DNA from: an uncultured Pseudomonadota bacterium
GTDB taxonomy: Bacteria; Myxococcota_A; Polyangia; Fen-1088
Direction: 5' to 3'
Assembly: GCA_963774325.1 (NCBI GenBank)
Contig: CAVZEF010000002.1
Location: forward strand, 108 to 64,107
DNA: 64,000 nt
The notes beneath the pieces were generated by a model. That model worked only from the letters and a program-made list of their open reading frames with translations, made no database searches and was not told where the DNA came from. Of this stretch, positions 1 through 10,585 are shown piece by piece. The position numbers and the translations under genes are program-made. The stretch's first letter is position 1, and every line of letters begins with the position of its first letter.

Positions 1-1
1 T

Positions 2-1467
2 ACGCCGGCGCGGCGGGTCGTGGCGCTCGGCGCCGACGGCGACGGAGGCCTGACCTTGCGCAGCACGCCCACCGCGCGCGGCGTGGTCGCGGCGGTGCCT
101 GCGCCCGACGGCAGGAAGCTCTACTTGCTCAGCGCCGGCCACCGCGCGGCGCTCGGCGACTCGATCCCCGACGAAAAGCCACGCCTGACCGCTTTCGACG
201 ATGGCCCGGCGGCGCCGGTCGAGATCGATCTCGGCCTCACCGACCCGCTGGATGGATTGATCGTCGACCCGACCGGACGCTGGGCGGTGGTGTACGCGGC
301 CGCGAAGACCAGCCAGGCGCTGGTGAGCAACCCCAACGAGCTGGTGATCGTCGACCTCACGGCCGGCACCGCGCGCCATCACACCTTGCACAGCTTCGGC
401 GGCCGGCCGCAGCAGCTGACGATCACGCCGTCGCTGTCGCTGCCCGGGGGCCCGAGCCAGCTGCTGATCGTGCAGAGCGATCAGGAGATGGCGCTGCTGC
501 CGCTCGACGGCGACCCGGCCGCCGACGCCGAGATCACCGTGCGCCTCGACGACGGCGGCGCCACGCAACGCCCGCCGCCGGCGGCGATCGTCGTCGACGA
601 CGGCGACCCGACCGACACCGGTGACGCGCGCATCGGCATCCGCTTTCAGGGCGACCGCAACGTCATGACGTTGCAGCTCGCGCCCGCGCCGGGCGGCGCC
701 GCCGGGTTCCTGCCGTCGATCAACGTGGCCGACGCGGGCGGTGTCCCCACCGACATCGCGTTCGTGCGCACCGACGGTGGCTTGCGGCTGGCGGCGCTGG
801 TCCCGAGCGCGGGCGCCGCGGTGCTGATCGATCCCGCGACCACGGTGACCACGACGGTGGCGCTGCCGGCGCCGTACCAGCGGCTCTCGCTGGTGACCGC
901 GGGCGCGGGTGGCACCAGCGCCGACGTCGCGCTGCTGTGGCAAGGGGGCACCGCGGGCGCCGGCGTCGCGTTCTGGGAGCTGGGGCAGGCGGCGGGCCGG
1001 CCGTTCCGCAGCATCGAGACCGTCGCCGTCGGCGCCAAGGTCGGCGCGGTGCTCGACGTGCCGCTCGTGGGCGCGGCGCTCAAGGTCCTGGCCGCCGCGA
1101 GCACCCAGACGTTCTACGTGCTCGATCTGGCGGCGCGCACCGCCGCGCCGCTGTCGACCTCCGCGCCGGGCACCACGTTGACGGTCTCGCCGACCGGCGC
1201 GCGCGTCTGGACGTTCCTGCCGGGCGGCTCTGCCCTGGCCGCGACCGACGTGCTCTCGAAGCAGGTCTGGACGCTGCAATCCGATACGCCCATCGACCTC
1301 CGTCTTTGAAATTGGACACACCGCGAACGATCTCCGGACGCAGCCTGATCGCGCTGCACGAGACCGGCAACCTGGGCGTGACCGTGTACGACGCCGACGC
1401 CCCCGACGACAGCACACGCCGGATCTACGGCGGTCTCCTCGAGGAGGGCTCCGATGGCAACCCGTGA
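2..1467 (+). pseudogene. hypothetical protein, 5' end beyond the window, with one frame change near 1300
   Basis: ORF 20..1309 stays open to the window edge. After its TGA a GC3-rich coding signal continues in the frame of ORF 937..1467 (GRSLIALHETGNLGVTVYDADAPDD...) to the stop at 1465-1467. The protein is Ala/Gly/Thr/Pro-rich and I recognise no family. Confidence 0.4.
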
Positions 1468-2233
1468 TACTGGAAGAGGTCGGCGATGGCGCGCGGGGTT
1501 CGCCGCGCTGGCGATGGCCGGCACCATCACGGCGATCGCGCCGCGCGCGAACGCCCAGGTGTACCCGCCCGGCGCCCCGAGCGTGAGCGCGCCCAGGCCC
1601 TTCGCCGCGCGTCCGCCCGAGACGGCACCGCCCGAGCGGGGCTCCGATCGATGGCAGGCGGCGCTCGGTGTGCGCACCTCGGTCGTGCGCGATGCCGGCT
1701 TCGACCCGTTCTCGACGGGCGATGTGCTGCCGCAGTTCTCGGTCGTGGTGACGCATACGCTGCGGGCTGGCACGGGCTTCGTCCCGGCGCTGGGCCTGGC
1801 GGCGGACTTCGGAAGCAGCTCAGCCAACGCGCGCGGAGCCGACGCGCAGTTGCAGACCTGGCGGCTCGCGATCGTTCTCGAGCCGCGCTTCGTTCCGGCG
1901 TCGGGATTCTACGTGGGCGCTCGCATCGCGCCCGGATTGCTGCACACGTCGGCGCGGTTGCTCGATACGTCGGCGCCGGCCCCGCTCGCGGCCGCCTTCA
2001 CGACGGCGTCGATCGACGCGAGCCTGGTGGCGGGCGTGCGGCTCAATCCCGGGATGGGGCCGATCGGTTTGTGGCTCCTCGCAGACGCCGGCTACGGCTG
2101 GGCGCCGCGACGCGATCTCACGCTGGTGCCGGAGCTGCCGGCGCGCGACGCGAGCAAGGCCGGCACGACCGAGCTCGGATCGCTGTCGCCGCGCGGGATG
2201 TTCGGGCGCGTGAGCCTGGCCATCGGCTACTGA
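1454..2233 (+). CDS. putative secreted / outer-membrane beta-barrel-like protein
   Basis: Intact 259-aa ORF. The N-terminus (RGRRWRAGFAALAMAGTITAIAPRANA/Q) reads as a Sec signal peptide. Gly/Ala/Ser-rich alternating segments and the C-terminal ...VSLAIGY are compatible with a small OM barrel. The ATG overlaps the previous gene end by 14 nt. Family not recognised. Confidence 0.4.
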   Translation: MATRDTGRGRRWRAGFAALAMAGTITAIAPRANAQVYPPGAPSVSAPRPFAARPPETAPPERGSDRWQAALGVRTSVVRDAGFDPFSTGDVLPQFSVVVTHTLRAGTGFVPALGLAADFGSSSANARGADAQLQTWRLAIVLEPRFVPASGFYVGARIAPGLLHTSARLLDTSAPAPLAAAFTTASIDASLVAGVRLNPGMGPIGLWLLADAGYGWAPRRDLTLVPELPARDASKAGTTELGSLSPRGMFGRVSLAIGY

Positions 2234-2240
2234 ACCGCGT

Positions 2241-2585
2241 TCAAGCCGCGACGACGACGGTGTCGTTCGCGGGCGCGGTGCGCGAGGGATCGGGCATGCC
2301 GCGGAGCAACGCCGCGAACTGCGTCGCGCCCAGCTTGCGCACGATCTTGAGCGGCCGGTCGCGCAGGCGCGCCTCGCGCCGGGCGGCGCGCACGGCGTTG
2401 TGACTGTTGATCTCCGTGATGATGACGACCAGCTGCGATCGCGCCACCAGCGAGCGGAGCGCCAACGACGACGCAGGCCCTGCCATGACGCCGGTGTGAA
2501 ATCCGACCTCATGCCCCTGCGTCTCCGCCAGCGTCTGCAGCGCGGCCACGTTCCGGTCCAATCCGCCGATCACTCCGATGCGCAT
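2241..2585 (-). CDS. DUF2325-like small protein
   Basis: Intact 114-aa ORF (MRIGVIGGLDR...LVVIITEINSHNAVRAARREA...). The layout matches my memory of DUF2325. An AT-rich TATATAA box at 2625-2631, about 40 nt upstream of the ATG, is a possible -10 element. Confidence 0.5.
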   Translation of the reverse strand: MRIGVIGGLDRNVAALQTLAETQGHEVGFHTGVMAGPASSLALRSLVARSQLVVIITEINSHNAVRAARREARLRDRPLKIVRKLGATQFAALLRGMPDPSRTAPANDTVVVAA

Positions 2586-2699
2586 GATTCGTGTCTCCTC
2601 GCGCGCCCGCGCGAATGCATGTCTTATATAACAGACACGCCGGCAACTTCAAGGACGGGCGCCGGATATCGGCGGATGGCGGGCGCGCGGTCGCGCGGT

Positions 2700-5158
2700 T
2701 CAGATCTGCAGGCCGAGCAGCAAGCCCGGGTAGTGCCGCACCGTCGTCGTGCCGCTCTTCGAGACGCTCTGCAGGAAGCCGCTACCGATGTCGAGATCCT
2801 TCCCGTCCCAGGCGATGGTCGCGTTGTCGGAGATGCCGGCGATGGCGGAGAGGCCGGGGATGATCTGGAAGCCCGCCACGGCGCGCATCGACGCCCACAG
2901 CGGCGTGTTGTCGTAGTGAGAGAAATCCGACACGATGCTCATCGCGCTGGCTTCGATGGCCAGGAAGCGCAGCGGACCGAAGCTGACGGGCTGTCGGTAG
3001 CCGATGCCCAGGCCGGAGCCGATGCGGCGCGTGCTGCGGTGGAACTGATCGGGGCCGGCGCCGGTGACGAGCGCGTCGCCCGGCTGGTAGGCGAAAGTGT
3101 ACGAGGTGTACACGTGGCGGCTGCCGAGCTGGAGCTCGAAGTTGGAGAGCATGGTGTCGGTCGCGTATACCGCGACGCTGTGGATGCCGTTGCCGATGAC
3201 GTTCAACAGTCCGAGCGTGTCGCCGTCGTGCGCGCCGGCGATGTTGACCACGCCCAGCTTGAATCCGCGGCTGTGCTTGGCGACGTTGGCGACGCCAAGC
3301 TGCACGCCGTTCTGATCGCCCGCGACGTTGACCACGCCCAGCTGGGCGCCGTTCGACACCGAAGCGATGTTGAGCGGGGCCAGCTGCGCACCCGAGATCT
3401 CCCCGGCCAGGTTGGCGCCGCCGGCCAGCTGCGCGCCGTTCCAGCGGCCGAGGGTCAGGTTCAGGCCGCCCGCGAGCTGCGCGCCGCGACCGCCGCCGCG
3501 GGCGAAGTTGACGCCGGCGCCGAGCTGCGCGCCGTACGTGTCGCCGTCGACCCAGTTGACGCCCGCGGCGAGCTGCGCGCCGTGGAAGTCGCCGAGCACG
3601 ACGTTGGCGCCCGAGGTCAGCTGCGAGCCGCGGAACGCTTCGGTCGCGAGGTTGGCGCCGACCGCGAGCTGCGCGCCGCGCCCCGGACCGCGCAGCAGGT
3701 TGGCTCCGACGGTGAGCTGCGTGCCGTACATGAACTGATCGGCGATGTTCGCGCCGAGGGACAGCTGCAGTCCCGACGACAGGCCGCCGACGCGGTCCGC
3801 AAGGAAGCTGAACGAGAGGCCGTGGACGTCGACCTGCGAGTCGCCCGGCATGGGGACCAGACCCGAGGTGCACCGGGACCGCGCGTAGGGGGGTGCGAAG
3901 TGGCGCCAGCGGCGGTGAGGCGGCGGTGGCGGTGACGCTGGTGTCGGGCGCGGGGGCGTCGCCGCGCGTGGCGACGACCTCGAGAGGGCGGCCCGGGTGG
4001 AACGCGAGGCGAGCGAGCTCGGCGCGCTGGCCGAGCGCGAGCGTTGACGTTGGCTTCGAACACGGTGTTGCCGCCGCCGTCCATGGTGACGAGGTAGGGG
4101 CCGGCTTCGAGGCCGAGCTCGATGCCGTGGCCACCCATCTTGCGCAGCTCGACGACCAGGTTGCCGGCGGCGTCGCGCACGCCGATGCGGCCCGAGAGGT
4201 CGGAGGCGAGCGCCAGCGTCGCCTGTGTCGAGCGGACGTCGGTGACCACCAGGTCGGATGTGCCGACGAGGTCGAATTCGTAGGCGGCGTGCTGGGGACC
4301 ACCCTGGGTCTTCTCGGTGCGCGCGAGGGTCTCTTGCGCCGCGAACTCGAAGGCCTCCTGGAGGGTGACGCGGCGGTCGCGGTTGACGTCGGCGGCGCCG
4401 CGCAGGCCCGAAACCAGGTAGTGGGTGAAGAACGAGGCGCCGATGCGATCCGATTCCTGGGCGACTTCGTTGATGGCGCTCGAGGCGAGGTAGGCGTGGC
4501 CCTTGGTGTCGGCCGAGGAGTCCATCAGGAAGGGCGCGCGGCGCACGCCGCCCTTGCGACGCGTGAAGGCCCCGGAGGCGCAGGAGTCGAGGATCGCCAG
4601 GCGGACCTCGGCGGGGATGGCCTGGATGCGGGTGCGGAGCTCGTCGTAGCTGACGCGGTCGTTACCGATGAGCAGGCCGTCTTCGTCGGAGTGTCCAGAA
4701 TAGTAGATGACAACCTCGCGGCGGACCCCGGCGCGCTGGCCCGCGGCCACCAGGCGGCCCAGGCGGTCGAACGCGCCCAGGAACGCGAGGCGGGTCGCGT
4801 CGGAGACGAACACGACGTCGTCGGGGGCGACGCCGCCCAGGCTCTCGAGCACGCGGCTCATCGCGTGCGCGTCCGAGGTTGCGTAGCGCAGCTGCGGGCG
4901 GGTCGGGCCGCCGTCGTTGAAGCCGGCCATGAGCGCGAACCGCCGCAGCCGGACTCCGTCGATGGTGGCGGTCGGAGCGGTGGGGGTGGCGGCGAACGCG
5001 CCGCTCGGCAGGAGCGCGCCGGCGACCGCCAGCGCGATCCCAAGAAGGGCTGCCAGCTTCGCCGCTCGCAAGGCCTGCCCTCTCCCCGACCCTCCCCCGC
5101 AGACGGGAGAGGCAGAAAGAAAGGAAAGGCGGCGGGCGATTCTGCGACGAGAGGTCAT
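2700..5158 (-). pseudogene. caspase-family (peptidase C14) protein fused to a Gly-x-Gln-Leu repeat domain and a C-terminal beta-rich domain; two frame changes
   Basis: ORF 3617..5158 carries a signal/TM segment (LAALLGIALAVAGALL) and the C14 His/Cys dyad motifs (VVIYYSGHS, LAILDSCASG). Natural-looking sequence continues from ~4045 in the frame of ORF 2782..4302 (TLALGQRAELARLAFHPGRPLEVV...) and from ~3880 in ORF 2700..3851. The span is 2459 nt (3n+2). ATG 5158 overlaps the anti-sigma stop (ATGA). It could instead be two genes if a stop codon was lost. Confidence 0.7.
3207..3773 (-). repeat. about 12 tandem 14-16-aa coding repeats (G-[AST]-Q-L-x-x-G-x-N...) inside the caspase-linked ORF
   Basis: The protein reads GAQLAVGANLATEAFR / GSQLTSGANVVLGDFH / GAQLAAGVNWVDGDTY / GAQLGAGVNFARGGGR / GAQLAGGLNLTLGRWN and so on, shortening to 14-aa units (GAQLGVVNVAGDQN). 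On the + strand the DNA shows a recurring ...agctgcgcgcc... every 42-48 nt. Confidence 0.75.
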
Positions 5159-6042
5159 GGATTTCCCTTGCTGGTCTTCTGCAACAAGACCGACGTCTGA
5201 TGAAAGGCGGGCAACATCGGAAGTGGGGCCGTGCGGGCGCTCGGCCCTCGTCCGGCGAGAGAGCGCGCGGCATCGAGCGCCGCCGCGACGGGAAATGGTT
5301 GGGTCGAGGTGATGAGCACGAAGCGTTCGAAGCCGGGAGCGTCGTCGAGCTCGTAGGCCGACGGCAGATGGATCTCGTGGGGCGAGCGCAAGGAGGCCGC
5401 GGCGCTGGCGCCCGGCTCGGGCAAGTGCTGGGTCACGCGGCCGGCGCCGTCGATCGACAGCAGCACGCCGTAGCGCCCATCGCGCCCACCGGCATAGGCC
5501 AGCTGCAGCAGATCGCCGCGTGCGGCGCGCGCGCCGTCGCTCAGCCGCTCCGGCTGCTCCTGATTTGCCACCGTCCGCTGCCGGTACACCCAGAGCCGCG
5601 GCGACACCGACGGTTCACTCCCCTTGAAGTTGACATGCTCTTCCGGCTCGCCGCCGCCCGGCTGAGCCACGGCGGTCGAACCACCTTGATGAGACGGCGA
5701 CACCCCGTGCCCCGACCGCAACAACAAGAGGCCGATCCCCAGCGAGCCCGCGAGCGCCAGCGGCGCGATCCATAAGTTGACGCTCCGGCGCTGCGACGGC
5801 GTCTCCGCGGGGCGCGACGCGCGCCGGCGAATCTCCGCCATCGTCCGATCCTTGTCGACCTGGGAGTGGATCTCCTGGTTCGACGTCGTCAGCGCCGCAA
5901 GCTCGGTCTCGAGCGACCGGCCCTCGGCTGCCAGACGCGTTCGGAGCTCGTCGACCTGGGAGGCAGCCAGCTCGCCTTGTGCCGCGCGCTCCAGCAACCA
6001 GGTCGGGACTTTCTTCGATGCATCGTCGTGCGTTGAGCTCAT
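5155..6042 (-). CDS. putative anti-sigma factor (single-pass membrane protein)
   Basis: Intact 295-aa ORF. ATG 6042 overlaps the sigma stop (ATGA) and its own stop overlaps the caspase ATG. It has a cytoplasmic N-domain, one TM helix (LWIAPLALAGSLGIGLLLL) and a periplasmic domain (RLWVYRQR...YGVLLSIDGAGRV...FERFVLITS). That domain is tentatively reminiscent of the DUF4384-type domain often found with caspases. Confidence 0.5.
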   Translation of the reverse strand: MSSTHDDASKKVPTWLLERAAQGELAASQVDELRTRLAAEGRSLETELAALTTSNQEIHSQVDKDRTMAEIRRRASRPAETPSQRRSVNLWIAPLALAGSLGIGLLLLRSGHGVSPSHQGGSTAVAQPGGGEPEEHVNFKGSEPSVSPRLWVYRQRTVANQEQPERLSDGARAARGDLLQLAYAGGRDGRYGVLLSIDGAGRVTQHLPEPGASAAASLRSPHEIHLPSAYELDDAPGFERFVLITSTQPFPVAAALDAARSLAGRGPSARTAPLPMLPAFHQTSVLLQKTSKGNP

Positions 6043-6576
6043 GTTGGTACAGCTCCTTCCAACTGCGTGAGGCGGGCGCGCGCGGTGCGCAGGCGCTTGC
6101 GGACGCCCGAGACCGACAGACCCGCCTCGCGGGCGACCTCTTCCAGGGTCATTCCATCGACCAGATGCATGACCGCGATGGTCTGCGTGCTCGCCGCCAG
6201 CGGGTCATCCGTGCGGAAGAGCTTGGCGAGCAGATCGCGCGCCAGCGTGCGCCCATCGCCCTCGGTGTCCGAGGTTCCGGCGATCTGCCAGAATTCGCTC
6301 GTCGTCGGCGTCTTCGGGCCGGCGCCGTTCCGTGCGCAGGCGGTTCAGGCAGACGTTGGTGGCGACGCGCAGGAGCAGCGCCGCGGGTGCCTCGTCCTGG
6401 AGGCGGTCTTGATGGCGCAGCAGGGCCACGAAGACGTCCTGCATCGCGTCCTGCGCCTTCGCGTCATTGCGCAACAGCGCCCGACAACGCCTCAGGACCA
6501 TTGGGCCATACCTCTGGTAGAAGCCTTCGATATCGACTGGCACGTTTGGATTGCCTCCCGCATGTCCAGGGAACAC
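6039..6576 (-). pseudogene. ECF (group IV) sigma-70 factor, one frame change near 6300
   Basis: Region 2 (DAMQDVFVALL..., LLLRVATNVCLNRLR) lies in ORF 6205..6576. The next frame then reads EFWQIAGTSDTEGDGRTLARDLLAKLF...VMHLVDGMTLEEVAREAGLSVSGVRKRLRTARARL (region 4 HTH) to TGA 6039-6041. The span is 538 nt (3n+1). The start codon is uncertain (6576 or ~6543). Confidence 0.75.
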
Positions 6577-6660
6577 CGGCTGCGGTCGGATCTGTCACCG
6601 GGGAAGCGCAGATTGCACGATTTTCGAGAGGTCCGTCACGGGTAGGCCTCTCGGGGCCGT

Positions 6661-6784
6661 CGGCTCCCCCGTAGGCTCCCCCGCAGGCGTCGGCGTCGGC
6701 GTCGGCGTCCGAAGAAGGCGCGAGGTCTGATCGCCCACGCGCGACGCCGACGCCGACGGGGGAGCCGACGCCGACGCCGACGCC
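6661..6784. repeat. nested imperfect inverted repeat built from GGCGTC/GACGCC hexamers (possible terminator or REP-like element)
   Basis: cggctccccc (6661-6670) pairs with gggggagccg (6758-6767). (GGCGTC)x4 at 6686-6709 pairs with (GACGCC)x2+GACG at 6743-6758. A further (GACGCC)x3 tail lies at 6767-6784. The element sits downstream of the GH28 gene and upstream of the sigma gene, both on the - strand. There is no T-tract. Confidence 0.5.
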
Positions 6785-6812
6785 CGGAACGCTCGAGGTC
6801 AGAGGCCCGAAG

Positions 6813-8301
6813 TTAGAACGTGACCCAGACGTTCGTGCAGTCGCGCGGAGCGGCGGCGCCCGTGACCTGGTTATTCACGGTGACGTTGGTCGTCCCCGTG
6901 GGCACGATGTTCGTGACGGGGTTCGGACCCATGTTGAGCACGACGTTGCTGGCGTTGATGCTGCTGGGCGCGGTGTCGAGGACGACGTTGTCGAGCCACA
7001 ACGCTTCGGTGTGGACGGCATCCCAGCCGCGGAAGATCAGCTTGCCACCGGTCAGGCTGTGCACGTTGCGGATGGTGATGTCCTTGAACCAGGGAATCAG
7101 CAAGCCGGTAGCGCTGCTGTAGTAAGAATCGAAGACCAGCGGATCGCTCACGTTGCGCATGCACACGTCGGTGTAGCTGACCTGCTGGACGATACCGCCG
7201 CGGCTGGCGTCGGACTTGATGCGCAATCCGTTCTGGGCCCCGTCGATCGTCAGATCGCACACCACGACGTTCTGGACGCCGGCGTTGGTCTCGCTGCCGA
7301 TCGACATACCGTGGCCATGGCCAAAGTGGTTGTGCGCGATGACGATGTTGTTGACGGTCGGCGGCCCCGACGCCTTGATGGCGATGTTGTCGTCGCCGGT
7401 GCTGATCTTGTTGTACGCGATGATGCCGTTTGTCGACGCCGACGGGTCGACGCCGTCGGTGTTGACCGAGGTGGCAGGCGTGTTGATGGTGATGCCCCAG
7501 ACGGTGAAACCGTTGGTCCGCTCGATGACGACGTGGAACTTCGGCGCGTTCTTGAGCGTCACGCCCGAGAGCACGAAGCCGTTGCCCGGGCCGCACCCAG
7601 ACCATGCGCGGCGCGACCAGGTTTCCGTGGTCGGCGTCCTCGAGGTCCCACCAATTCAGGGTGCCCCCGATGATCAGCTCACCGCCGCGCCCGTCGAGGG
7701 TTCCGGTCCCCATCACCGCCGCGTTCTGCGAACCGAGGACGTTGATGAGCGCGTTGCAATCGCTGTTGCCGCCGGTCAAGCCGCACTTCCCGTTACCGGG
7801 CGTGCTGTCAAAATCGCGCGGGTCGCGCGAGCCAAACACCGTGACGCCGTCGTCGAGCCACAACGTCACGCCGTTCCTCAGGAACAGGCCGCCGACCAGA
7901 AACGCGACGTTGTCACCGGCGGTCACCAGGCGGACCGCTTGCCCCGCGGGACAGGCGTCGAGAGCGCTCTGGATGGCCACCGTGTCGAGAGTCGATTCGT
8001 CGGTCGGAATCCCGGTGGTCACCGTCTTGGTCGCCATCACGGTGGCGCACGTCGTGGCGGGAAGCACCGGCGCCGTGCCGATCGCGTCGCACGAGGCCGT
8101 CGGCAGCACCGGGCCCGTCGCGCCATCGGCCGCCGCGTCCGTCGTCATTCCCGCGCCCGCGCCGCCGAGGCCGGTCGAGGCGCCACCACCGGCGCCGGTG
8201 ACGATGTCGATCCCGGCGTCGTTGCCGCCCGACGGCGCCGCCCGCCAGCAGCCCGCTTGAAGCGCGACCGCGCTCGCGGCCAGCGTCAGCGCGACGCGCA
8301 A
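6813..8301 (-). pseudogene. glycoside hydrolase family 28 (polygalacturonase) lipoprotein, one frame change near 7590
   Basis: ORF 6871..8301 gives the lipoprotein signal (LTLAASAVALQAGC) and the N-terminal half. ORF 6813..7574 carries the GH28 motifs NTDGVD, GDDNIAIK, GHGMSIGSE and RIKS. The span is 3n+1. Confidence 0.8.
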
Positions 8302-8664
8302 CCCGTCCCGCGCGAACCACGGGAAAGATCGAAACAGCGAAGTGAAACGATCCGCGCAACGGAACGGCGGGATTCAGCGGCGACGATCATGAGGTTAGTC
8401 TCCGAAGGCGCAATTCGACCCACAGACAGGGTGTTCGCGACCCGCTGGAACGGCTCACAATTTCACGGGCTGTCGCGCCTGCACGCCGCCGCGTCGGGAA
8501 CGTGACGCGCCAAGCATCGCGTCGTCCAGACGCCATCGCCGCACTGCTCAAGCTCCATTTGCGGATCCCAGTGCTCGAGTCGGTAGGGGTCCGCTCTTGC
8601 GGTGCTCGCCGGCGGATGCAGGTTGGAGGGGAGGCGACCTGTTGTCTTGTCGCGCCCACCAGCC

Positions 8665-9054
8665 ATGACGAACCTGGGCACCGAGAATCGATCGGGACTG
8701 GACGGGGCCGATATCGTGCGGCTGCGCGATCGCCTGCTCGAGCTGCGCCAGAAGCTGCTCGAACGGCTGGCCGACGACCAGTCGACCATGCGCGAGGCGG
8801 AGCCACAAACCGAGCCGCTCGACGCCGCGGAGCAGACGCGCGAGCAGGACGACAGCGTCGCGTTCGCGGGCCGCGATCAGGCGTTGCTCGCCGAGATCGA
8901 GCGCGCGCTCGCCAAGGTCCAGACCGGTAGCTACGGCCTGTCCGAAGCGTCGGGCGAGCCGATCGGGCTGCGACGGCTGATGGCCGTCCCCTGGGCGCGC
9001 TACACCGTCGACGAAGAGCAAGAGACAGGCACGTTCAACGACGGCGACGGCTGA
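8665..9054 (+). CDS. DksA/TraR-family protein lacking the four zinc-finger cysteines
   Basis: ATG 8665 lies inside ORF 8602..9054. A coiled-coil region is followed by KVQTGSYGLSEASGEPIGLRRLMAVPWARYTVDEE. By eye alignment this is the DksA C4 finger segment with all four Cys positions substituted (S, S, T, E). Confidence 0.55.
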   Translation: MTNLGTENRSGLDGADIVRLRDRLLELRQKLLERLADDQSTMREAEPQTEPLDAAEQTREQDDSVAFAGRDQALLAEIERALAKVQTGSYGLSEASGEPIGLRRLMAVPWARYTVDEEQETGTFNDGDG

Positions 9055-9108
9055 CCAAGGCGGGTGCGCGCTCCGACGCCCCGCGCGCGTGGCACAATCC
9101 CGCGGCCG

Positions 9109-10529
9109 ATGTACCCGCTCACTGCTTCGCTGATCGCCCTGCCCGCTCTGCTGGCCGCAACACCCGCCAAGTTGCCGGCGGCACCGCACGCCGCCGCCCG
9201 CCGAGCGCCAGACCGCGCTCGACATCTTTCGCGAGCTGGTCGAGATCGACACGACCCACGAGCACGGCAGCACGGCTCCCGCCGCTGAAGCGATCGCCAG
9301 ACGCCTGCGCGCGGCCGGCATCCCCGACGCCGACATCCGGATCCTCGGGCCTTCGCCCACGAAGCAGAATCTGGTGGCGCGACTCCGTGGCGCGGGCCGG
9401 CGCCCGCCGCTCCTGCTGCTCGGCCACCTCGACGTGGTCGAGGCGCGCCGCGCCGACTGGACCCTCGAGCCGTTCCGCCTGACCGAACGCGACGGCTACT
9501 ACTACGGGCGCGGCACAGCAAGACATGAAGTCGCTCGACGCCTACTGGGTCGCGCACTTCCTGCGCCTGCACCGCGACCGGCGGCCGCTGGACCGTGACG
9601 TCATCCTGGCACTGACCGCCGACGAAGAAGCCGGCGACGCAAACGGCGTCGAATGGCTGCTGGCCCACGCGCCCGAGCTGATCCGCGCCGCCTACGCGCT
9701 GAACGAGGGCGGCGGCGGCGAGCTCAAGTCCGGGCTCCGCCGCGCCAACGACGTGCAGGCCAGCGAGAAGGGCTATTTCACCTTCCGCCTCGAGGTGCAC
9801 AACAAGGGCGGCCACAGCTCACTGCCCGAGCGCGACAACGCGATCGTGCGCCTGGCGCGCGCGTTGATCGCCGTGCACGACCACGTCTTCGACGCGCGCC
9901 TGACGCCGGTGACCCGCGCCTATTTCGTGCGCCTCGCCTCCCTCGAGAGCGGCGCGGTCGCCGCGGATCTGCGTACGCTCGCCTCGACGGAGGCCGGCAA
10001 ACCGATCGACGCGGCGGCGGCGATGCGCCTGTCGGCGCTGCCGTTCTACAACGCGCGCCTGCGCACGACCTGCGTACCGACGCGCGTGCAGGCCGGGCAC
10101 GCCGACAACGCGCTCCCGCAGCTGGCGACCGCGATCGTGAACTGCCGCCTCTTGCCGGGCGATTCGGTCGACGACGTCCGGCGCGCGCTCGAACACGCGA
10201 TCGCCGACGACGCCGTCAGCGTCGCGCCCGTCGGCCGCGTCGACTTCGGCCCCGACTCGCCGCTCTTGCCCGAGCTCTTCCAGGCGGTCACGGCGGTCAC
10301 CGCGCATCTCTGGCCCGGTGTCCCGGTGCTGCCGGTCATGAGCACGGGCGCCACCGACGGCCGCTTCCTGCGCGCGGCCGGCATCCCGACCTACGGTGTC
10401 TCGGGGCTGTTCGGCGACGTCGACGACGTGCGCGCGCACGGGCGCGATGAACGGGTGGGCGTGCAGGCGTTTTACGAGGGACAGGAGTTCACGTGGGAGC
10501 TGCTGCTGGCGCTGAGCGTCCCAAATTGA
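9109..10529 (+). pseudogene. M20-family metallopeptidase (ArgE/DapE/CPG2-like), secreted; two frame changes
   Basis: A signal-like N-terminus (MYPLTASLIALPALLAATPA) lies in ORF 9064..9288. It is followed by FRELVEIDTTHEHG and LLLLGHLDVVEA (ORF 9374..9598), then LTADEEAGDANG, GATDGRF and DVRAHGRDERV (ORF 9525..10529). The frames step +1 near 9190 and 9515. The span is 3n+2. Confidence 0.75.
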
Positions 10530-10585
10530 TTCTTTGCCCTCACCTCCCGTCCGCCGGGGAGAGCATAGGGGTGAGGGGGCTCCGC

